A DNA stretch of 64,000 nucleotides. Source: Tubulanus polymorphus. Lineage: Eukaryota; Animalia; Nemertea. The translations under genes and the position numbers were made by a program. The notes beneath the pieces were generated by a model, which saw only the letters and a list, made by a program, of their open reading frames with translations, did not search any database and was not told the DNA's origin. Location of the stretch: the NCBI RefSeq assembly GCF_964204645.1, contig NC_134036.1:8346812-8410811 (forward strand). Direction: 5' to 3'. Shown here piece after piece: positions 1 through 14,528 of the stretch (within the stretch, counting starts at the first letter, position 1; each line of letters begins with the position of its first letter).

Positions 1-746
1 TCATAAAAACCTCGAAAGCCCAGTCTGTGCAACCTACCATATTTTCTAAGTACCCTGCATGTAAGTCGGAAAGTATTTTGTGTGTCGAATGGTCACGATT
101 TCGTGGACTATCTCCTCACAACTCCGAAAGCCCAGGTCTGTGTTTTTACTAAAATGTACAACGCGAAGTTTTCATCCGCATAACCCCATAACTCGAAATA
201 AGCTTCATTCTGCATATTAAAAAATTGAAATTTTCTGAGGCGTCATAGACACTGGAATAGTGCTAACGAGATAAGAATACCAACTGATCTGTTTCGTGTT
301 CTTAAGATTAACTTTTCAATAATTCTACATTTGCGGATGTTCTGAATTATGTATGGCTCGTGCGTTACTAGTCGGAAAATATGTTCTATATACGCGCGGT
401 ACATAAACGAAATGACAAAAAATCACATTAAATGTGATATCAGGCGAACTCAAACGAAGCGAAAATTAACTTGAACATTTTAAAAATATAATTGGATGCG
501 GGTATGATCGACCGTTGGAAACATGAAACTGAACATTCCAGCACAGATCGATGATTACTACTGGAGAGTTGATCGTTGAGTTAGAGCGAACACTAATTAG
601 AGCTAGAAAAAGTGGTTGGATTCTAAGAGAACTGCTGAGTGAAGCAAATAATGAATTTCAGGAGTAAGGAATTTAAAATGTTACGGCATTTGTGAACAGA
701 ACGTGGCGATCTGTGGACGACAACCGCGCAGACCTTTTCATTGCGA

Positions 747-3700
747 ATGAATGTCATTCCTTGCATCGTGTTGATGTTGTTCAGTATGGAGCAGCGACTG
801 AGAGCGCTGTTTTTAGCATCACTGATCGTCCGTCAAGTTCGCATCGCGCGCGCTAATCGCGCAGACTCTATCGAGGAATCGGCTGTGTCGGTAAGTTCGT
901 CTTGTAACAACACGTGGTACCCGCTAGATTCTACGTCCGGTTACATCGTTTCACCGAACTACCCTACGTTAACGCGCGGTGTTGAATGCCGTTGGTTCAT
1001 CAACAGTTCTTTACCGGGAACGTTCCACATCCAGGTTTACTACGACATCGAGCTGTCAATATTCTGTAGTGACAACTACCTTCTCCTCTACGATTCTGGT
1101 GACAGGTTATGCGGCAATGGAAAACATGAAATCCGCCGTAACGATTCGATCTCGTTGATGTTTAGGAGTAACGTCGACGGTCCACGAGGTAGTCGGGTAT
1201 ATATAATATATCGTTATGAACGAAGCCGATTGAGAATCAGTTATGACTGTTCACTGAGACATCTTGAATTGAATAATCTCTTTTCCTCAAATGGTTATAA
1301 ATTCCAAATGAGAATATCACGTAGTTGCCGGCTGTTCGTGGAATGGACTGGAATATTACCGAATTATGCGATGAATCTGACATTTATTCAGATTATATTG
1401 AAATCAAATCCTGCACGTCAATCTGCGATCATTGAAATCCACGACGGATGGATCAGCAGCGGTGAACCTTTAGCTCTTATACGGGAACAAACCGGACATC
1501 CACCTTCATCGTTTTATACTAAAACAAATAAAGCCGTCATCTCTTCACTCGATTGGTATCTCGCAAATCAATTCAAGCTTTATGTTCAAATCTTCAAGAT
1601 ATCAGATTGGAACGTCTCTAATCCGTTGATTCAGATATCTAATAACGAGTCGGGAGTGCTCATTCCCAATGACAACAGTTTACACGTAATAACTCAAACA
1701 AAACACTTGCACTGCTGGTCTATCACAGTGCAGGTGTTACAGTACGTCGTCTTCAACTGGACACGTGAATTCGTCACATCTAGTGACGTCATTGGTGTAT
1801 ATAAACTAGAAGGATTGCGTGTTGTAAGAACTGATATTTTACATGGTTACAACTACCTGGAATCGATGAGCATCAAATCCGATGGATTTCTCGTTTTACT
1901 GTGCGTCTTAATGAACGGTGAACTAACGAATTTACGAAAAGGAATCCACTTTAACGTGAGATCATTATCGATAGGAGATGTAGACGTCACTAATCATCCG
2001 GTGAGTATAAAATTAAACAATTGTTGCTACTGATTACAACAAACAAGTGAAAATATTTGACGTGCAGACTTTGATATTATAGACAAAAAAACGAGAATCC
2101 TGGTTGATGCCCGTTCAATGGATTTTCCCGTCATCAAAGAAGAAAACACTAGTGTACCGAATACACACATTACTGTTCGAATGGAGAGTTGATTTTCACG
2201 AAAAGCTTTTTGAACTAACGGTTTTATCAGAGAACTGCGAGCGAGCTGGATTTTACATATACGACGGTGGTAATTTCACGGCTAGACGATATGGTCCGTA
2301 TTGTCCTCGTTTATGGAGATACGACCGTAACGTCGTCAGTCTGATTACATCTGGTCAATCGGCCACTATAGTAGGATACGCTTTTATCTGGGATGAACAG
2401 TCAATAGTCGATAAGGATTCGCGCTTAGGATATCGCCCAACCGACTGCGACGGGTATGTTTTAAAGGAGGGAGAACGTCAGATCAATATGACGTCACAGT
2501 GTCTCGTCATTACACCCGAAAACCGACGCCTTCCTTTGAGAAACATTCAGATATTTTCACAACACGAATATCGAATTGACAGCTGTTTTCGTGATTGGTC
2601 GCGACGTTGTCCCCGGGGATTTAGGATTACCAGTAAATTCCTCTCTGAAAACATCTTTTTAAACACCGTAATCATAAGCGTTGGAAGATATTTCCTGTGG
2701 CACCCTCTAATGATCAAACTGCGTCATAAATGTTTCGGTTCGAAGAACCATGTCGACAAATTGGTGTTCACAGTAAGCAGGGATCCGATTACAGCCGATG
2801 ACAAATGTGGACTGGTTGAATCACCGAACTACCCGGCAGAAGCAGGACATGCATCGGTCTCTTTATACTTTACGTTTTCAAACGCCCGATCACGCAATGC
2901 TTATCGATATTACAAATTCATCATCAAATCTATTGAATCGATTTTTTGCTCAGCAAACATTTTTATGGAAAAAAGCCCGATACTTTTCATTCAAGAGATG
3001 TCCTGGGAAAACATTCGAACCCTCCATCGTATAACAATATGCGGAAATATGGCAACGAAGGGACTTGTATTTCATAGTTTATCTGATAATCAACTGTATT
3101 TTGAAATGAAGAACATGATTGCAAAATTTCAAATACAATACATTTTACGCCAAACGTTAGCGATAAAGTATTCTAATGGCGTTCGTTGTGAAAATGGTTT
3201 CTTGGATTCGGAAATTTCATGCGTTAAATACATCAGACATGAACGTCTGAATTGGGAGAATGCAGAATTGTACTGTAGACAGAAGTACGCGGGACATCTA
3301 CTCAGTATCAACTCAGAACAGGAAATGATTAACATTAAAAGAATATTCGCTACAGATCTTCGTAAACAGGCATATTCACAGAAAGCGCTCATAATAATGA
3401 TTGGATTAAAACTGCAAGTAAGTTTAAAGTCATACTTTACCTGTTCTCCAAATTGATTCAGTAGATATCTTCTTCTTTTATTCATTATCAGCCCAAAACC
3501 GGTCATTACACGTGGAATGACGGGAAACCTTTGAGCTACGCAGAGTGGTATAAACCAACAAATAACGACACGATACCAGAAGGTCTTCAAGGATTGATAT
3601 CTCTTCTAAGAAAACAACCGATAAATGACGTTAACATGCCGTGTACAGCGATGATACTGAATAATCCACGAGGATCAGCGAACTGGGTTCGATTCCCCTG

Positions 3701-6700
3701 CGAAATCGAAGAAGTACACACGAGCTTCATTTGCGAAAAAGAAATAAACGGACAATTTGTAAATAGGGGAAATGCAATTCGAAACAAAACACTTGAATCA
3801 ATAAATTCCAAAATTAACGACACATTTTTGCCTCGTGGAAAGATATATCCCGACAATAACTCGAGCTGTACGATTGGTTGGGTAAGCATAGATAAACAAT
3901 GTTATCAAATGCTGACAGACTGGAACAAACATCGAGGTTTAGATGTTAAAACTGCAACAGAGATGTGTCTAAACATCCGTGGTGAAATAGGTGAAGTGAA
4001 AACCAGTTTTACGGAAAAAGTAACAATGAACCTATTAAGAAAATTTCAATATCAACATCAATATAGCGCTATACTAACAATGAGTTCTAATGACAAACTG
4101 CTAGTTATAAAGCCAATAATCACTAGAGATGAAATTACTTATATTCAATCAGTTAACTGGATGATAAAACAATATGATAATGCGTCGGATACAGCGCATT
4201 CTGTCTTGTGTTCATATAATGTAACCGATGAAGAGTTAACTTCTATAAGCGGTTGTAAATCGTGGCAGTTTAAATGTTACGATCAAAGATGTATCAGCGA
4301 CCATCGCGTATGTGATACAAGGCACGACTGTCAACACGGTGAAGATGAACTCAATTGTACGGAAATATTACAACACAGTCAGTTCCAATGTAATGATGGT
4401 CAAGTTATATCAATAAGTGGTTTGTGTGATTTCATACATGATTGTATGGATGATTCCGATGAGAACTCGTGTTTTAATCCCCCGTGTTTGTCTGAACAAT
4501 TTCGCTGTAAAAGTGGTCAATGTGTCAATAGTTCTAACAGATGTGACGGAGTCACTAATTGTAAAGACGGTTCGGATGAAACGGGGTGCACTGCTGAACA
4601 GTGTCGAGGATTTCTCTGTAACAATGGAGATTGTATCAGTTCCCATTTGTATCAGGATGGTGTCGTTGATTGTAGCGGAAGCCTTGAAGAAGATGAATTC
4701 GTAACAACTACTAATGTTACAGTGAATCCTACTGTTCATTGCGATAATGAGAACCACTGTACGACTAACTTCACAAATCTATGTACGGAATCCGATGAAC
4801 AAAGATGTTCAACAAATTCTCTTAATTGTTATTCAAGACGTCACAGATGTATTCTAGAAAGAATGACGAATGGTTTTACAGTTTGCAGGAATCTTGAGCA
4901 TGTTTTGAAATGTGAAGAATTTGAATGTCCAGCTGGTACTTTAAAATGTCCAGCATCGTACTGCATACCAATAAGACAGGTATGCGATGGTCAGTCAGAT
5001 TGTCCTAATTCAGAAGATGAACAAAACTGCGAGACATATTCATGTCCGGGAATGTTTAAATGTGGACTGGAAAATCGATGTATTCCACAATCTGAAGTTT
5101 GCGACGGCGTTGTAAATTGTGATTACACAACTGATGATGAAGCTTTCTGTAAAATCACGTGTCCTATAAGCTGTATGTGTCAAGGCCATTTGATCGATTG
5201 TGGAAATGCCGGTTTAACAGATATTACTGGTGTTATATCTGCATCAACTCGAGTTTTAATCATGTCCAATAATCAAATTAATTTCAACAAGTCGACATTT
5301 TATTCATTTGCTTATCTCTACGTTCTCAACATCTCGTCCAATGGATTGTATCGTATTTTACCAAACTCGTTCACAAACCTGCATAATCTACACGCATTAG
5401 ACCTTACGTACAATAACTTAACATCGTTATCCGTCAACACCTTCGCCGGTTTGTATAGTTTGAAAGGGCTATTCATTACTGGAAATCCATTGAGATATTT
5501 GGAACAAGGCAGTTTCTTAGGTTTGCAGTCGCTTCGAAGTCTTGATCTTCACGGACTTTCTCTGTTCACTTTAGCTGGACATGTTTTTATAGGTTTATTT
5601 TCATTAGACTCTTTAAACATCAGCGCTAACAAAATCTTGTATATCTCGATATACGCTTTTTCTGGGCTTAGTGAACTTGCAATACTAGATATCACGAACA
5701 ATTCGAAAACTATCTCTGTCGAGAGAAAGGTCTTCGACAATTTGACCTCGTTAATCTCAATAAAGTCTGATGCTTATAAATTTTGCTGCATGGCCCCAAA
5801 TGTTGACCAGTGCTTTCCCGAAGCTGATCAATTTTCCTCCTGTACCGATCTGATGGGTAACAAAATCCTCAGAGCTGTCATCTGGGTAATTTCTGCCTTT
5901 ACCTTCGTTTCAAATAACGTCGTCATTTTCTTTCGTTTTCGATCTATTCGAATTTCGTCGGTTGAATCGCGTAGCACATCGTCTAACATCATCATTATGA
6001 ATATCGCAGCTTGTGATTTTCTGATGTCGATTTATTTGTTTTTGATCGCAGGAGCTGATTACGTGTATCAGGGAGTTTATTTCCTGAATTCAGAAAACTG
6101 GACGAACGGTTTACTGTGTCGCTTCGCTGGTGTTATGGTTACTATTTCTTGTGAAGGCTCGTTGACCTTTCTTTGTATTTTAACCCGTCATAGATTCTCC
6201 AATATCGTTAACCCATTTTCCACGAATACGCTTACTTCTCCCAGATATGTGTCGATTATTTGTTTGCTCAATTGGTTAATCCTGGCAGCTTTTTCATTAG
6301 TGCCACTGGTAGGATCCTCTTATTTCGGAGATAGATTCTACGGTTCTACTGGAGTTTGTTTACCAATCAATTTGATTTCAATCGATATCAACGCGTGGCA
6401 ATATTCGTTCGCTATTTTTGCCGTGTTTAACTCTGGCATACTCGCTACGATAATGGCGACTTATGCCCAAATGTACAGATTCGCATCCGGAAGCAGGACG
6501 GGTTCGGGTAGAATTGACCCTACCGAACTGGTGTTAGCACGCAGGAGTTTAGTGATAAATCTTTGTAATTTATTTTGCTGGCTGCCGTTAATTACCGTTC
6601 AATTTTGTGCGGTGTTTCGGGTTGAAATACCGAATCAGGTGGCGGCTTGGTTGGCGGTTCTTTTCTTACCGATCAACTCGACCCTCAACCCCCTTCTTTA

Positions 6701-6755
6701 CACTATACTGACTATCGATATGAAGTCTGTACGTGCAAAAACTAAACGTCGGTAA
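747..6755 (+). CDS. GRL101: GRL101-like (type C LGR) GPCR with CUB, C-type lectin, ~7 LDLa, LRR and 7TM domains; exons 747-2000, 2083-3417, 3492-6755 (~1950 aa)
   Basis: Introns 2001-2082 (GTGAGT..TATAG) and 3418-3491 (GTAAGT..TCAG) are both phase 0 and join the three ORFs in frame. Splice 2 rebuilds a C-lectin motif (IGLKLQ|PKTGHYTWNDGKPLSYAEW). CUB: GYIVSPNYP..CRWFI. LDLa: e.g. CDGVTNCKDGSDETGC. LRR: LxxLDLTYNNL. Hinge FCC...DQFSSCTDLM; TM6 CWLP; TM7 NSTLNPLLY. Start codon uncertain (747 or a nearby downstream ATG). The symbol denotes the family, not proven orthology. Confidence 0.9.
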
Positions 6756-8523
6756 TATCCCAAAGAAAAACAATAATTTGTATCTAGGGCTGTATAGGGT
6801 CTCGCGTTCAAACCTACTGCAGTTGAGCTTATCTGCGTTCCATTAGTGACGGAGTGACAGTGAGAGGCTACAAGAATTGTTCAATGAAAATACCAACAAT
6901 GTTTATTTAGTACAACGCTCGGTTTCTAGAATTGAAACAAAAATGTCTAAGCCATACGATGGCAACCTAGTATAATATTGAAAAGTCTGAATCAAATAAA
7001 TCAATTGAACTTTATTGCGAATGGTCGACAACTCGCTCAGGCCGCCGCTGATACTGACTAAAGCGTCGCTGCTTCCAAATTACCGCCGTCAATAAATGAC
7101 TTTGATATGATATGCGTTTTTTTACGACGACCGCAGCATCAGTTGGGATTGAAGCTGCTGCCACGAGTCCGGAGACGATCGCCGATGTCCTTCAGGATAA
7201 ATAAGTCTTTCTCAAGGCCCCGTTGGCTTTTATAATTTCAAAACTCTATTCGGAACGATAGGACCGACGTTTTTACGTATGCTCTCCGGACTCCTTATAT
7301 AAAAAACGATTCACCAAGTGGAACAGTAGCTGGTCTGGGTCTCCTTGGAGCACTTCTCTAACTTAACAGACTCGCCAATGAATTGTGAATTAAAAAACGA
7401 TTTTTGCACCACAACATGAATTGCATTACGTACATCACCGAGATACATTGGCGTATAATGATTTGCATTTGTTGTTGTTCAATGTCACTTGTGAACACAA
7501 TACATTTTATCCGTTGCCATTTTGTTTTTGACCCATATCATCTCACAATTTTTTTTTCGTTAATAAAGCATAGTAAAATACAATTGTCACCAATGGCAAA
7601 TATCTTATGAAAAGGGTCTTACCAACGCACTCGCAGATTTGAATTTTCGATGAAATTTATTCAATATTGGACTCATCGAAATTATGAAATAAAGCCTCAT
7701 CTTTACTAACACTCATATAGTAATGGGGATTAATGTGAGTACCTAACTCATTCTGAAATCTCATACGTCGAAAATTCTATAATATGAAAAGTCAAAGTTT
7801 GTATGAGTGGTGATGAATAAATAATGCTAAAAATAATCGCAATGAAATGTATTATTTTAAAGGTGAGAATTATCTTTCATGAACGTATAGCGATACTCTC
7901 GTCATAATATCATGTTTGAATTCTTAGTCATTCGTCAATAGTCTTCTAGGAAGAAGAGTTAGTTCAAAATCCAATTTGTTCTGTGGTTGATGTTTCATTC
8001 CATTTGCGAAGGCGGCGGTTGACTCAAAGAATGATTTAAATGTAATGGGCCCTCTGCAGAAGCGAATAAAAGTAAAGGGTGTAATTTTAAACGTGGAATA
8101 CTTCAATTGAAGTTGTAAGTCGAATTAAAGAATTAAACACTAGACATGAAAATTGATATTACTCCTCGTGGATGGGACAGCACATCTTATTTATCAACAC
8201 CGAAAATCTTCCCCCACGAATCAGTAAACAATCCAGTCATGATTTATTTATTCGCAGTTTTATTGAACAGGTCTTTTGCGATATGATTTTCATCAAGGCT
8301 CACAGAAATAATCTTTTATATTATCCTTATCATAGAATAAGAAAGGTCCTTTCCAAATAATTTCAGATTCTACTTCAACAGAATTACTATTACTTTCGTT
8401 ACTATCAACATTAACCGTTGTTTCATTAATTTTACACTTCTCTGAATGTTTTTTAACATAATTTCTAGAGAATAATTTATTACAATTTGGGCAGTTTATT
8501 TTAGGGGGTTTATAATTATTATC

Positions 8524-9020
8524 ATGTTTTTCAAATTACTAGAAGAGCTCCGTTGAAAATCGGGGGCACTTCTGTATTTTAAAATTAAATTTAATAAAAT
8601 TGATAGTACTAATAAAATAAGAATAAAGATATCTAATGAACAACATAAATTTATGGTAAACAAACCAATGACTAAAATGTTAGGAATTAAACCGCTTACA
8701 GTTACTGGAAACGCAGAAGGCATCTCAAATATAATACCTTTTACACACTTTTATATTTATTGCAATTTCGATCCTACAAAAACTTTCGAAGCAACTAAAG
8801 AAACAATTTGTAGTTCTAGTATATTAAATATTTTACCGCTAAAAAATGTTAAACAATTTGGAACTCAAATAAATTATAATTTAACAGAATGTGATTTCAA
8901 ACCATGCATTCCTCATTTTAATAATTTTTTAGATTAGAAATTAGATATCATAATGGATATTTAATTGATTTAAATAATTTTCCTGTAATTTATGAATTAA
9001 TTATAAGATGTAAAGAGTAA
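8524..9020 (+). pseudogene. Polinton penton / minor capsid-like protein (degraded)
   Basis: Motifs FYIYCNFD..SSILNILP..GTQINY..FKP, then after a stop/frameshift IRYHNGYLIDLNNFPVIYELII, resembling the C-terminus of Polinton single-jelly-roll pentons. Confidence 0.55.
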
Positions 9021-9036
9021 TTTTTTCACTATATAA

Positions 9037-9390
9037 ATGAATATAACAGTAGGACCGAGTATATGTTTTGGATTTGATTTTAAACATGAGAAAGAAATGA
9101 AATTTAACATTACTGATGTAATTACACATATTAAAAATATTGCATTTTCTAATGAAACAACATTTGAGTATGAAAAAACAATAGATAAAGAAACTTTAAA
9201 AGTAGAAAAGATTACTAATTTAATAAGAGAATCTTTAAGATTTTATGAATTAGATGAAGATTTTATTATTGATGATATTAAAAGAATAATAACTGAAATA
9301 TATGAAAATGAAACTAATAATACTATTAATGTTGAAATAATTATAACTAAGATAAATAAATATTTTGAAGATGGTAATTTTTTTGATTAA
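9037..9390 (+). CDS. Polinton hypothetical acidic protein (117 aa)
   Basis: Intact ORF starting at TTTTTTCACTATATAAATG inside the viral gene block. Confidence 0.55.
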   Translation: MNITVGPSICFGFDFKHEKEMKFNITDVITHIKNIAFSNETTFEYEKTIDKETLKVEKITNLIRESLRFYELDEDFIIDDIKRIITEIYENETNNTINVEIIITKINKYFEDGNFFD

Positions 9391-9393
9391 TAA

Positions 9394-9639
9394 ATGAGTG
9401 ATAATAAGTGGATAATAACTGGATTATATAATGGAGCATTATAATCAGTGGGAACTGTTGGTTATTCAATGGTATTAAAAAAAGTATTTAAAATGGGAAG
9501 TGTTTATGTTGATAGATTTGATGTAAATGATATTTTAGAATTAACATTAGCAGTTACTTTATCTAATTTAACTATTGATCATTTGGAAAAACAGAAATAT
9601 ATTCCTCCTTTATCAATGCGTAATTATTTTACTAAATAA
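9394..9639 (+). pseudogene. Polinton small hydrophobic protein (in-frame stop near the 5' end)
   Basis: TAAATG start at 9394; continues VGTVGYSMVLKKVFKM..FDVNDILELTLAVTLSNL..LEKQKYIP. Confidence 0.5.
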
Positions 9640-10061
9640 ATGGCTTCTGCAATTATAACTATTATAGGATCGGCAATTGTTAACGCTTTAGCATTTACTG
9701 GTGGTGGTTATTTATTCCAGCATATTGATAAAAATAGTTCATTAGCAGAACAAAGAAGATATAACTTATCGTCAGAAAATAAAATAAAGCAGCAGAAGAA
9801 TATAGAGAAAAAAGACAAAACTATATGGATTACATCAATAAAGAATTATATGATCAGAAGATTTCACATAGAGATTTTCAATCAGTTGATGATGCAATGA
9901 GTTTATATAACGGGGTAACCAATAAAGAAAAATTACATCTACACAAACCTAAATTATCAGATTATTATACCCCAAGTATAGAACAACAGAAATATGAAAT
10001 AATATGGATTTTAGGCGGAACTGTTATTGTTATATTTGTAGCATATAAATTTACTAATTAG
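9640..10061 (+). pseudogene. Polinton small membrane protein (frameshifted)
   Basis: MASAIITIIGSAIVNALAFTGGGYLF; a frameshift joins the 9825-10061 ORF (KPKLSDYYTPS..YEIIWILGGTVIVIFVAYKF). Hydrophobic at both ends. Confidence 0.65.
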
Positions 10062-10259
10062 TAATTTTTTTTTGCTTAATAAATGGATGATAAAGTTGAT
10101 AATAATGATATTATTCCTCATGATATAAACAAAACTAAATTAAAATTATATTTGGAAAAACAAATAATAGAATTTGAAAATGATTTAAAAGTTAAAAAGA
10201 AAAAATATTTTAAAATCATATATTATTTTATTATTAGTGATTCAGTTACAATTAGTTCT

Positions 10260-13200
10260 CACGTACGTACAGACAATGCTAAGAATAAGAGACCTTGAAG
10301 TTTCGCGTAATTGTTGTGACCTTTAAGGAAATCAATATTATTCGGTGGCCGCGAACAAATCTATTGCGCGCGATCACGATCTTCAGCAAGACGTGGAGTC
10401 ATCCTCGCTAGACACGATAGTTAAAATATCGGAGTGTATCATGAATTGGTTGCCTTTGAAACGATTCCAGTTGCTTTAATGGGTGTCATTTGTTAATGTA
10501 AGTAAAGAATTACGTTTGTGGCCGTTAATGGTGTATGTTTGCTGCATGTTGACCCAATAAATGTAAAAATACGACTGAATTTGTTTACTTACTTCAGACC
10601 GCGGCCTATATTGAAGTAATTCCGTTAAGATGTCAACCCATAATGAAAAAAAGATTCGTATCAACAGTTAACCGCATTCACCTTCAGGCCTAGCTCATCG
10701 ATGGGCCTATTTCATGTATTGAAGTGCAAACTGTCAGATAATTTGACCCGTCCCAGGCTAGTAAATTCCCTCAGTTATTTGTTTTTTCGGGGCAGTCGAA
10801 GCAGGGATGGGTTGTGACCACAATGAATTGTAGTAAGAGTTGTAATATTGTCAGGTAGGCCTAGAGAGTGGGCGATAATCTGATAATCTGTGGCAATCGA
10901 CGCCGTGCGATTATAGTCAATCTAGGCCTAAAGCCTCCAGTACATTTCGTAAGCCCTATCATATTATATATTACAGGTTTTTTTAAGACAGCAAATGTTT
11001 TTCAAAGGGGACAGACAAAGCTATTCAAGTAAGTTTAATCGATCGCCATTCCCATAACAATACAAGCATGAAAGCCCTGCTCGCAAGTAGAACAATATCT
11101 GTAAATAATTTTTATGACTTTTTAGTGTATTATTTATTGAAAAATCTTGTTATTTCAGATTTACCGCCTCGTATCGGAGACGATATTTTTGAAAAAAATC
11201 CGCACTGGCATTTACGGACAATTGGACTACGCTTATTCGAATTAGTTGCATAAAGTGCCGAACTAGTGTCGTACGTTGGATATCGTGATTTGAACAATTC
11301 ACGAACATCTCTAGAGCAATACTAAGAATAAGCTTCGCACACTCATCGTGACCTTTTAGGAAATCGATATTTTTTGGTATCGAAGAAGGGGTTGCGGTTA
11401 AAAGTGTTTCATTGCTTTCATCTGCCAACTGCATGTCACTTTTCGCTGATTTTCTCCTAGAGCCTGTTAGATTGATTGAAAGAACATTCAACTCATTAGA
11501 TAAAAACTTAAGGTACAACCCAGTAATTATTGTAAATAAAATTTATATGGTGCAGCTTGCACGAGCGTACTTTAAAAACTGTTAATGCAACTAACATTTT
11601 GTAATATTACAATTTAAAACATAAAGGTATCAGCATTTTTTGCTTTTAATTAATTATATATAAGGTAATACATGTATTTAGTTTGACGCAATTTGTCTAT
11701 TGTGAAACAATGATTTCAATAAATTCTATGTCTACCACTTGCTGAAAATGGAATAGTTTTAAATTTGTTGGTATGTTGCATGCAGAGGAAATTAAATGAT
11801 TAATTAGGCAAAAGAAAAATTAACCAGTCTGTCATCAGATAGAAATTGTTAGTGATAATTCGATATTTCACCATGTCAAATGCTACCACTTTTGGAACAC
11901 TATTTTGACTAACAATTGTCCTGTAACAAACTTCAATTTCACTCAAGGACAGACTCAAGTTAGTTTGAAAATGAACTTTGAAATAGTCAAGAAACTCACC
12001 TTTATAATACAGCTGTCAGAACCACACGTCTTTTACAAAAACTTTATCCTGAGACTCATTTCCTTTCACTTATTGTAAATAATTCATACACAGGGTACCA
12101 TTAATATACGATATGTTAGAGGAATATTTCGATCCAGATACATTCTTTATGAATAAAATTACCATCCTGCTATAAATTTGATCCAAGAACCCCAAGTAAC
12201 CTTTCTTGAATTAGATGGCTAAGAAAGACAAACACAGTCATATATAATTTTTGAAAGGTTTTTATTGAAACAACAATATGAATTGAAAATGATGGATGTA
12301 TAAAAGAAAAAAACAGTCAACATATGTAAAATTAGAGAATTGATCAACTTGAATTTTTATCAACTAGTCACAAACATTCAATGGAACATTGTCAAAATAA
12401 ACTTCACAGCAATTAACAAAATTGATCGGTAAATTGACTGTCTGCTATAACGAGCAGTATTCCTTTTATTGCGAATTATATTTTTCACAATCTATTATAC
12501 ACCGGAGTTTGTTAGAACAACAGTTCCATTGAATTTACAATCTTTCAAATACAATTGACTTGATTTTTTGGCATTATTTCACAAGGTTACCACCAATTAC
12601 GGAATTAAGAAATCATTGCCAATCTTTGCCATTTCATTTTTAATTATCAGAGCAACTTTCCAAAATCATAATCAGGGTAGAGTCATAATGTAATGAACAA
12701 TAGAAAAAAATATCAACATCTAATACAAAATGCTGCAGAATCACTTACTATGAAGCTTAGCCATTTTTTCTTTAAATGATATTTTTTTCCTCGCTGTACC
12801 ATAGTAGATCTTTCTTGCAGAACCCAACATGCTGGTAACCTTCCCAGCTACCCTGCTACCCCAGGGCTCGCGGTCTACTGCTTTCTGACCTACAAAAATC
12901 AATTACACAATATATCAATGTATGTTCTAACTATAGGCCTAAAAATTTCTTTAAATCCATTGACTTACCTCTGTGTTCAACAATTACTGAATACCTTCAA
13001 TGATTACGACTAGGTTTGACGATTACAACTTCGTTCAACGATTACAACTTCGTTGAACGATTACGACTCGTTTAACGACTACGACTCTGTTCATCGATTA
13101 CGACTCCGTTCAGCAACTACGCTTCCGTTAAACGATTACGACTCCATTCAGCGACTACGACTCTGTTCAACGATTACGCTTCCATTCAGCGACTACGACT

Positions 13201-14528
13201 CCATTTAACGATTGCGACTCCGTTAAACGATTACGACTCCATTCAGCGACTACGACTCCGTTCAACGATTACGCTTCCATTCAGCGACTACGACTCCATT
13301 TAACGATTGCGACTCCGTTAAACGATTACGACTCCATTCAGCGACTACGACTCCGTTCAACGATTACGCTTCCATTCAGCGACTACGACTCCGTTCAACG
13401 ATTACTGAATCCCTTCATCGATTACGACTCTGCTCAATCCTTTATGACGAACCCGACTATGTTGAAAAACAAATCTATTCCGACTATGACAAATACATCT
13501 ACAATTACAAAAAAAGTACCAATAGTTATTACCATTTGGAGGCCCGAGAGACCTCAAATGCAAAGGACCTAGGCCTATACATTAATCAAACTACATGTAT
13601 TTGATTCGGTAATTTTACAAGGTCGAAAAGCCGTAAAAGGCTTATACTATATGAAATAGACAGACTTGATAAGCGCCAAGGAACGAGAAACTATAGTAGA
13701 CGATAGAGGCCTATCACTCGCCCACCTAGACTGCAACAATTTCTAGTTTAGGCCTATATAAGTGTCATTTTTGCTGTCTATGAGAATGGGTTGTTTTGAA
13801 GTTGAAGACATATCACTATTAACACATAAAAGCTCCTGCGTTAAACATAACTCTGTCGAATAAAATTTAATTTTGCTTGATTTTGAATACCATCTTAATT
13901 TTCACTTCTTTTTTAACAAGGACACAATTTCGCTTGAATAGAATGAAATCTAATTGATCTCAATCAACTGTTTAAAAAACTTAACAGTAGAAATAAGCAG
14001 TTTAGTGACTATGTGCAATGTAAAAAGACGAAACGTAATACGATTATTATGGGCGCCAAAAAAATTTTTAATAATTGTGCAAATTTACAGACGAGTGTCA
14101 CTTTTTTGACATTATACAATGACAGAGACCCATAAAAGTACATAGTTATAGAAACTACATACTAATATCTAGTTCGTCACATTTTGTTTTTTTAAGTTAG
14201 GCCTGTTGTATGGATAGAAATCGCACATTTGTAGCGGAAAATGTCGAAAATTTTATTTCCGGGTTACGAAATTCAGGATTGACAAAAAACGAGAATGTTA
14301 ATAGAAATTCCGAAAATTCTACGAACTAGTGGCGGATGTTTACTAAAAATCTAATCATATTAGGTTCGAATCCCACATTTACTGACGATGTATTCGGAGC
14401 ACTCCCGAGTCACTCCAAGTCTATATCTCACAGCATTAGCACAAAATGGCGCGAAGCTCAGTGCGCGATATCGATTAATACGATCAATAATTAAAGTTGG
14501 CGAGATTCGTATTGTCTGTACGTACGTG
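10260..14528. mobile_element. 4.27-kb DNA transposon with 18-bp TIRs and 4-bp TSD (CAC-ended, Chapaev/CMC-like)
   Basis: Perfect TIR CACGTACGTACAGACAAT (10260-10277) / ATTGTCTGTACGTACGTG (14511-14528); TTCT duplicated at 10256-10259 and 14529-14532. Superfamily inferred from termini and TSD only; no transposase recognised. Confidence 0.85.
13001..13435. repeat. 19-bp minisatellite with a 95-bp (5x19) higher-order repeat
   Basis: Unit ~CGATTACGACTCCGTTCAA; the variant CGATTACGCTTCCATTCAG recurs at 13171, 13266 and 13361. Confidence 0.9.

Noticed and set aside
2798-5740. Overlapping and antisense ORFs within the receptor gene
   Set aside because: Shadow frames of a real CDS, with no motifs
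10260-10277. Link between the TIR (CACGTACGTAC) and the Polinton hairpins (GACGTACG)
   Set aside because: Only a short palindromic core is shared; likely coincidental
13001-13435. CRISPR-like array
   Set aside because: Contiguous tandem monomers without unique spacers, in a eukaryotic context with no cas genes
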